The translations under genes and the position numbers were made by a program. A stretch of 64,000 nt of DNA from Octopus vulgaris (lineage: Eukaryota): NCBI GenBank assembly GCA_951406725.2, contig OX597836.1, positions 17,546,001 through 17,610,000 on the forward strand. Reading direction: 5' to 3'. The notes beneath the pieces are model-generated. The model was not told where the DNA came from. It made no database searches and saw nothing but the letters and a program-made list of their open reading frames with translations. Shown here one piece after another: positions 58,555 to 64,000 of the stretch (its first letter is position 1; every line of letters starts with the position of its first letter).

Positions 58555-58790
58555 TTATCTTTTGTCTTTATCTTTTATCTTTTACTTGTTTCAGTCATTG
58601 GACTACAACCATGCTGGAGCAGCTCTTAGAAGAATTTCGTCGAACAAATCGATTCCAGCATTTTTCTTTTTTAGTCCGATACTGATATTCTATTGATTTC
58701 TTTTGCAGAACCGCTAGGTTACGAGGACGTAAACACTCCAACACCTGTTGTCAAGAGACGTTTGAGGGGCAAACAAAACACAAACACAAA

Positions 58791-58795
<5 letters not shown>
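58555..58795 (-). mobile_element. SINE family A, 3' half
   Basis: tttacttgtttcagtcattggact...ccatgctggagc. Confidence 0.75.
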
Positions 58796-58858
<63 letters not shown>

Positions 58859-58859
58859 C

Positions 58860-59520
58860 ACAAGGTGAATTTCAGGTGAGACATTTCTTAATTCGCTTTC
58901 AAAGTAGCATCCTCTAACTTCAACGCATTCGATGTAGCGTACTAAAAGTCACAGGGAGCAAGGCTTGGACTGTAGGGAGAATGAGGGACAGTTTGTTGCC
59001 TGCCTCTCTTAAGTTTTTGGTTACCAAGATAGAATTGTGAACTGGTGAATTGTCCTGGTGCGGTTGCTCTGGCCTTCTTGCAACAAAATATCTTTCTGAA
59101 CCTCCTAAAACCTCCACAAAGCACTCTTTGTAGATCGTGTGTCCAAAGGGGACTCAGTAGATGTATGTGATGCCCTTGCTGTAAAAAAAAAAAATTGGGA
59201 TCATCATAGATAGACTTGCTTTGCCGGCTTCTTGTGCCAGTAAAAACAGATGTTCCGTTCATAAAAGTTAATCCATACAAATTAATCCATAAGTAGTCTG
59301 GATCATTCCATAAGTATCTTTAGCATTTTTGCCCTGTTTAACACAAACCTTTATAGCATAGTGAGGTTCTAAATTGTCTCTATGTCCTGACTGCATTCTG
59401 CAAAAAACTAATCGGCTGTGACAGTGTTTAGTAGGGTGTGTTCCACGCGCTGTTACATCCATCTCCTTTCATCTAGAATATAAAAAAAAAAATTGGCAGG
59501 TCGGCTTATTCGATTCTCTT
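58860..59520 (-). pseudogene. Internally deleted mariner transposase remnant
   Basis: YAIKVCVKQGKNAKDTYGMI (HTH), HQDNSPVH, HSPYSPSLAPCDF (YSPDL motif), YIECVEVRGCYFE C-terminus. Confidence 0.85.
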
Positions 59521-59524
59521 TATC

Positions 59525-59928
59525 TCTTTCTCTTTACTTGTTTCAGTCATTTGACTGCGGCCATGCTGGAGCACCACCTTTAATCGAGCAACTCGATCCC
59601 GGGATTATTCTTTGTAAGCCCAGTACTTCTTCAGTTGGTCTCTTTTGCCGAACTGCTAAGTGATGGGGGCATAAACACACCAGCATCGGTTGTAAAGCAA
59701 TGGTAGGGAGACAAACACAGACAAACAAACATACACGCACACTTATATATACATATACATATATACGACGGGCTTCTTTCAGTTTCCGTCTACCAAATCC
59801 ACTCACAAGGCTTTGGTCGGCCCGAGGCTATAGTAGAAGACACTTGCCCAAGGTGCCACACAGTGGGACTGAACCCGGAACCATGAGGTTGGTAAGCAAG
59901 CTACTTACCACACAGCCACTCCTGCGCC
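59525..59928 (-). mobile_element. Full-length SINE family A
   Basis: Head GGCGCAGGAGTGGCTGTGTGGTAAG, central microsatellite, tail. Confidence 0.9.
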
Positions 59929-60139
59929 TTGTATACTAATGATATACTAAAATTACAATAATCGAGGATAGTTATAACTGGCTGTCTCAAAACTTCTCCA
60001 ATGAGCCCGTATCTGTGTAGGTACAAGCTTCCATTCCAGGATTAATTAAAGGGGAGAATGCCGAGAGAATGTTTGTATCTGCTCGCATCAACATAGACAT
60101 TCGTTTGGTATTAATTGTATACAGAGATGCATTATACAG

Positions 60140-60237
<98 letters not shown>

Positions 60238-60320
60238 GTCTATTTATCTCTTTCTCTCTGTCTATCTGCCTGTCTGTCTGTCTGGCTGCCTGGCTGCCTG
60301 TCTGCCTTTCTGTCTGTCTG

Positions 60321-60369
<49 letters not shown>

Positions 60370-61269
60370 CTATCAGTCTGTCTGTCTCTTCATCTATCTA
60401 TCTAGGCCTTGTTTCATACTTTCTGAACATTAAAAAGCTTTCCTTTTCTTAAGTCACAAGTTACCGTGATCGTTAGAGAAAAAAAAATTGATAATCTGCA
60501 TCATATTTAATTCATGGTCCCCAGAGAAATATTTAATGCGTACCACATGTGACGTACAAGACAGGCTAAAGGTTAACACCCCCCTCTACCAAAATCACGC
60601 AGAATGCACTGTTTTATTTCATAACTGAAAACAAGGGTTTAAAGGAAACAATTTACTATCAAACTATCGTACAGAATATGTTTCTATCGCTCAGTAGTGG
60701 TATAAAGTTGTCGGAGAGAAACTCTGATTTAAAAGAATCCCTTTATAATTGGAATATTCTACATGAATACATATAAAAGCTGTTTAGATTTAGCAAATAA
60801 TAAAAAAAGAGAGAAAACATTTGATAAAACTCAAGCTGGAGATATATTCTATGGAACAGAAAGCAAGAGATAAGCATAGGAAAGGAAGTCGTTTTCAATT
60901 AAAATATCATACATGAATACTGTATTTGCAAAAGCTGCTTAGATATTTGGATTTTGGTTTTATAATAAGCTAGATATCACCTTTTTTTCCCCCCACCTAG
61001 AACATAAAACGGGAGATGAGAATGATAGAGACAGTCGTTTATAATTTAAAATGGTCGGAAACTATGGCTGTATATGATTTATACATATCGGGATCATGGA
61101 GTAACTTCAGTGTTAATCTTAACGCAATAAGAGAGTGGTCTGAAACATTACTATGCAGTAAAATAGGAAATTTCAATGGCCTTCGGCCGTCACAAAATCT
61201 CTCCCTCGTCATCGAAACTTATAAAAAAAAAAATTGTCATCATCATTGTTTGCAGACACGATACAGGGG

Positions 61270-61506
61270 GGGGGGGTGCGAGATGGCAGAATCGTTAGCA
61301 CGCCGGGCGAAATGCTTAGCGGTATTTCGTCTGCAGTTACGTTGTGAGTTCAAATTCCGCCGAGGTCGACTTTGCCTTTCATCCTTTCGGGGTCGATAAA
61401 TTAAGTACCAGTTACGCACTGGGGTCGATATAATCAACTTAATACCTATGTCTGTCCTTGTTTGTCCCCTCTATGTTTAGCCCCTTGTAGGTAATAAAGA
61501 AATAGA
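61270..61506 (+). mobile_element. SINE family B
   Basis: Matches 33990-34224. Confidence 0.88.
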
Positions 61507-61636
61507 TACTGTCTTTAAATCGTTCATCAATTTTTGCTTCCAAGAGAACTATTAATAATTCCAACGTGGAAGGTGTTTATAAGGCATTTAAGAAACACAC
61601 AAAAACCGTTAGATTCATTTTAACATTTAAATTTAA

Positions 61637-61688
61637 TTTGTCAAAATATTTTCGTCGCTTTGAGACCGCGACCTGTTCACTGACAAAA
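61637..61688 (-). ncRNA. Minimal hammerhead motif with G3:C8 swapped core, within a short repeat at about 61580-61700
   Basis: TTTGTCA-GTGAACA-G-GTCGC(GGTCTCAAA)GCGAC-GAAA-ATAT-TT-TGACAAA. Confidence 0.7.
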
Positions 61689-62055
61689 CTTCGTGCTGCA
61701 TCTTACTAATAATTATTAATAATTATTAATAATTCCATACATATATTAAAGGATCTCACAATTATAACCGTTCCTAGATCACCTACATAATAACAGGTCA
61801 CACTTCTTGGGTGTGAAGTCATGACCTGGTTCTTCCATCCCTTCTGTTCCATTCCTGTCGCAAGAATTTGCAAGGATAATTTACATGCTTTAAGAAGGAC
61901 TCTGCCTGAAGCGCTGGATTTTCCACTCTTCATGCCATGTTCACGGTACTCTTTTTATTGATTTTATTGAATAATTCACGTCTTCCCACCGATGCGAAGC
62001 AACTTCATCCTCCATTTTTGACAGCAAATACTGAAATAGGCATTAATAATAGTTA

Positions 62056-62750
62056 GGCACACACGTAGCTGTGTGCTAAGAAGCTTGCTTCCTAACCACG
62101 CGGTTCCGGGTTCAGTCCCACTGTGTGGAGCCTTGGGAAAGTGTGTTCTACTATAGCCTCGGGCTAATCAAAGACTTGCGAGTGGATTTGGTAGACGGAA
62201 ACTAAAAGAATCCCGTCGTATATATATATATATATATATATGTGGATGTGTACATGTGCGTGTGTGTGTTCCTTTGGATCAGTGATTGTCCCCTTGACAA
62301 TTTGACTACCGGTATTGGTGTGGTTAAAGGCGGCGATGCTGGCAGAATCGTTAGCACACCGAGCGAAATGCTGAGCGGTATTTCGTCTGTCGCTACATTC
62401 TGAGTTCAAATTCCGCCGAGGCCGACTTTGCCTTTCATCCTTTCGGGGTCGATACATTAAGTACCAGTTACGCACTGGGGTAGATATAATCGACTTAATC
62501 CGTCTGTCCGTCGTTGCTTGTCTTCTCCGTGTTTAGCCCTTGTGGGTAGTAAAGAAATAGGCATTGGTGTGGTTACGTCCACGTAACTTAGCGGTTCGGC
62601 AAAAAAACCGATAGAATATGTACCTGTCTCAAAAAAAAAAAGAATAAAAGTACAGAAGTCGCTTCATTCGACTAAAAATTCTTGAAAGCCGTGCTCCAGC
62701 ATTGCCGCAGTCCAAATTCTTAAGCAAGTAAACCCATAAAAGATAAAAAA
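62056..62750 (+). mobile_element. SINE A with nested SINE B (62327-62559)
   Basis: 16 bp TSD GGYATTGGTGTGGTTA at 62311-62326 and 62560-62575. Confidence 0.88.
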
Positions 62751-63277
62751 GTGATTATACTGTGCAGGAAGGTAATGCTTAAGCCAAAATTAATGTAAGA
62801 GTCTTGGTAATCATTCTTAATAATTGTACGAAGTCGTTGATACTGTAGAAAACACTCGAAATATATGAAAAGCCAACACTTTATAAGTATGATTATCAAT
62901 CTCTACACAACACCGTCAGAGGGCGCTGAGTGTTCCCGAGACTCTCAACGAATGGCGAAGGATGGCGTTGACGTTTGTTGTTCTCGTTGTCATCACCATA
63001 ATTTCACGGTCGTTTCAAGGATAAAAGACGTTTCCTATTTAAATATAACGAGACAGCTGTAACAGGATGTTACTTAAATTGATAATAACATTTGTAAGTG
63101 TGGAGTAAAAGGTTACCTCTTCTTACCTCTTCTCTTCGCGCAGTTACATCTCTATGAACGATCGATACATCACGTTTTATCTGGCTTCAATATTTGCAAT
63201 TACTTCATTTTTAATTAATTACAATTACAATTACAATTACTATTATTATTATTATCATCATCATCATTATTATTATC

Positions 63278-63357
<80 letters not shown>

Positions 63358-63380
63358 CATTACTATTATTATTATTATTA

Positions 63381-63468
<88 letters not shown>

Positions 63469-63474
63469 CATTAC

Positions 63475-63535
<61 letters not shown>

Positions 63536-63558
63536 CATTACTATTATTATTATTATTA

Positions 63559-63624
<66 letters not shown>

Positions 63625-63689
63625 GTAGTAGTAGTAGTAGTAGAAGCACTAGTAGTAGTAGAAATAGTAGCAGTAGTATCATCCTTATT

Positions 63690-63925
63690 AAGGCAGCAAA
63701 GTAACAGAGCCGCTAGCACTCCGGGCAAAAATCTTAGCGGCATTTCGTCCGTCCTAAAGTTCTGAGTTCAAATTCCGCCGAGATCAACTTTACCTTTCAT
63801 TCTTTGGGCGGTGGTCGGATGGGGTGGGGTATCAATAAAATAAGTACCATTTGAACACTGGAGGAGTCGATGTACTTGCCATCCCCCGAATTTCAAATCT
63901 TGTACTTATGATACATAGAATTCTT
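63690..63925 (+). mobile_element. SINE family B, diverged
   Basis: ttagcggcatttcgtcc...ctgagttcaaattccgccg. Confidence 0.75.
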
Positions 63926-64000
63926 GTTCTTGTTCTTGTTCTTGTCTTTTTTTTTTCTTCTTCTTCTTCTTCTTCTTCTTCTTCTTCTTCTTCTTCTTCT

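Overview
Eukaryotic, AT-rich, repeat-saturated DNA. The tRNA-derived SINE families and the extreme microsatellite load match what I recall of octopus (coleoid cephalopod) genomes; this is an inference, not a database result. No complete host gene is visible, and nearly all ORFs in the track are translations of simple repeats. Recognisable content: a young 5'-truncated Dong/R4-type retrotransposon with an open RT-thumb/zinc-knuckle/restriction-like endonuclease frame in a (TAA)n array, plus two more 3' ends of related subfamilies; a decayed Penelope-like element; RTE, CR1-like and Tx1-like LINE 3' ends; three mariner remnants; five non-autonomous Helitrons; many SINEs, several with clear TSDs; and about nine minimal hammerhead ribozyme (HHR) motifs in Penelope-type remnants. 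The most notable signals are a G3:C8 core-swapped HHR, an HHR family with U at core position 6, a fold-back unit coupling a tRNA-like Pol III head to an HHR, and a covarying pseudoknot shared by three Dong/R4 3' UTRs. SINE family labels A-E are my own. Coordinates of decayed repeats are approximate.
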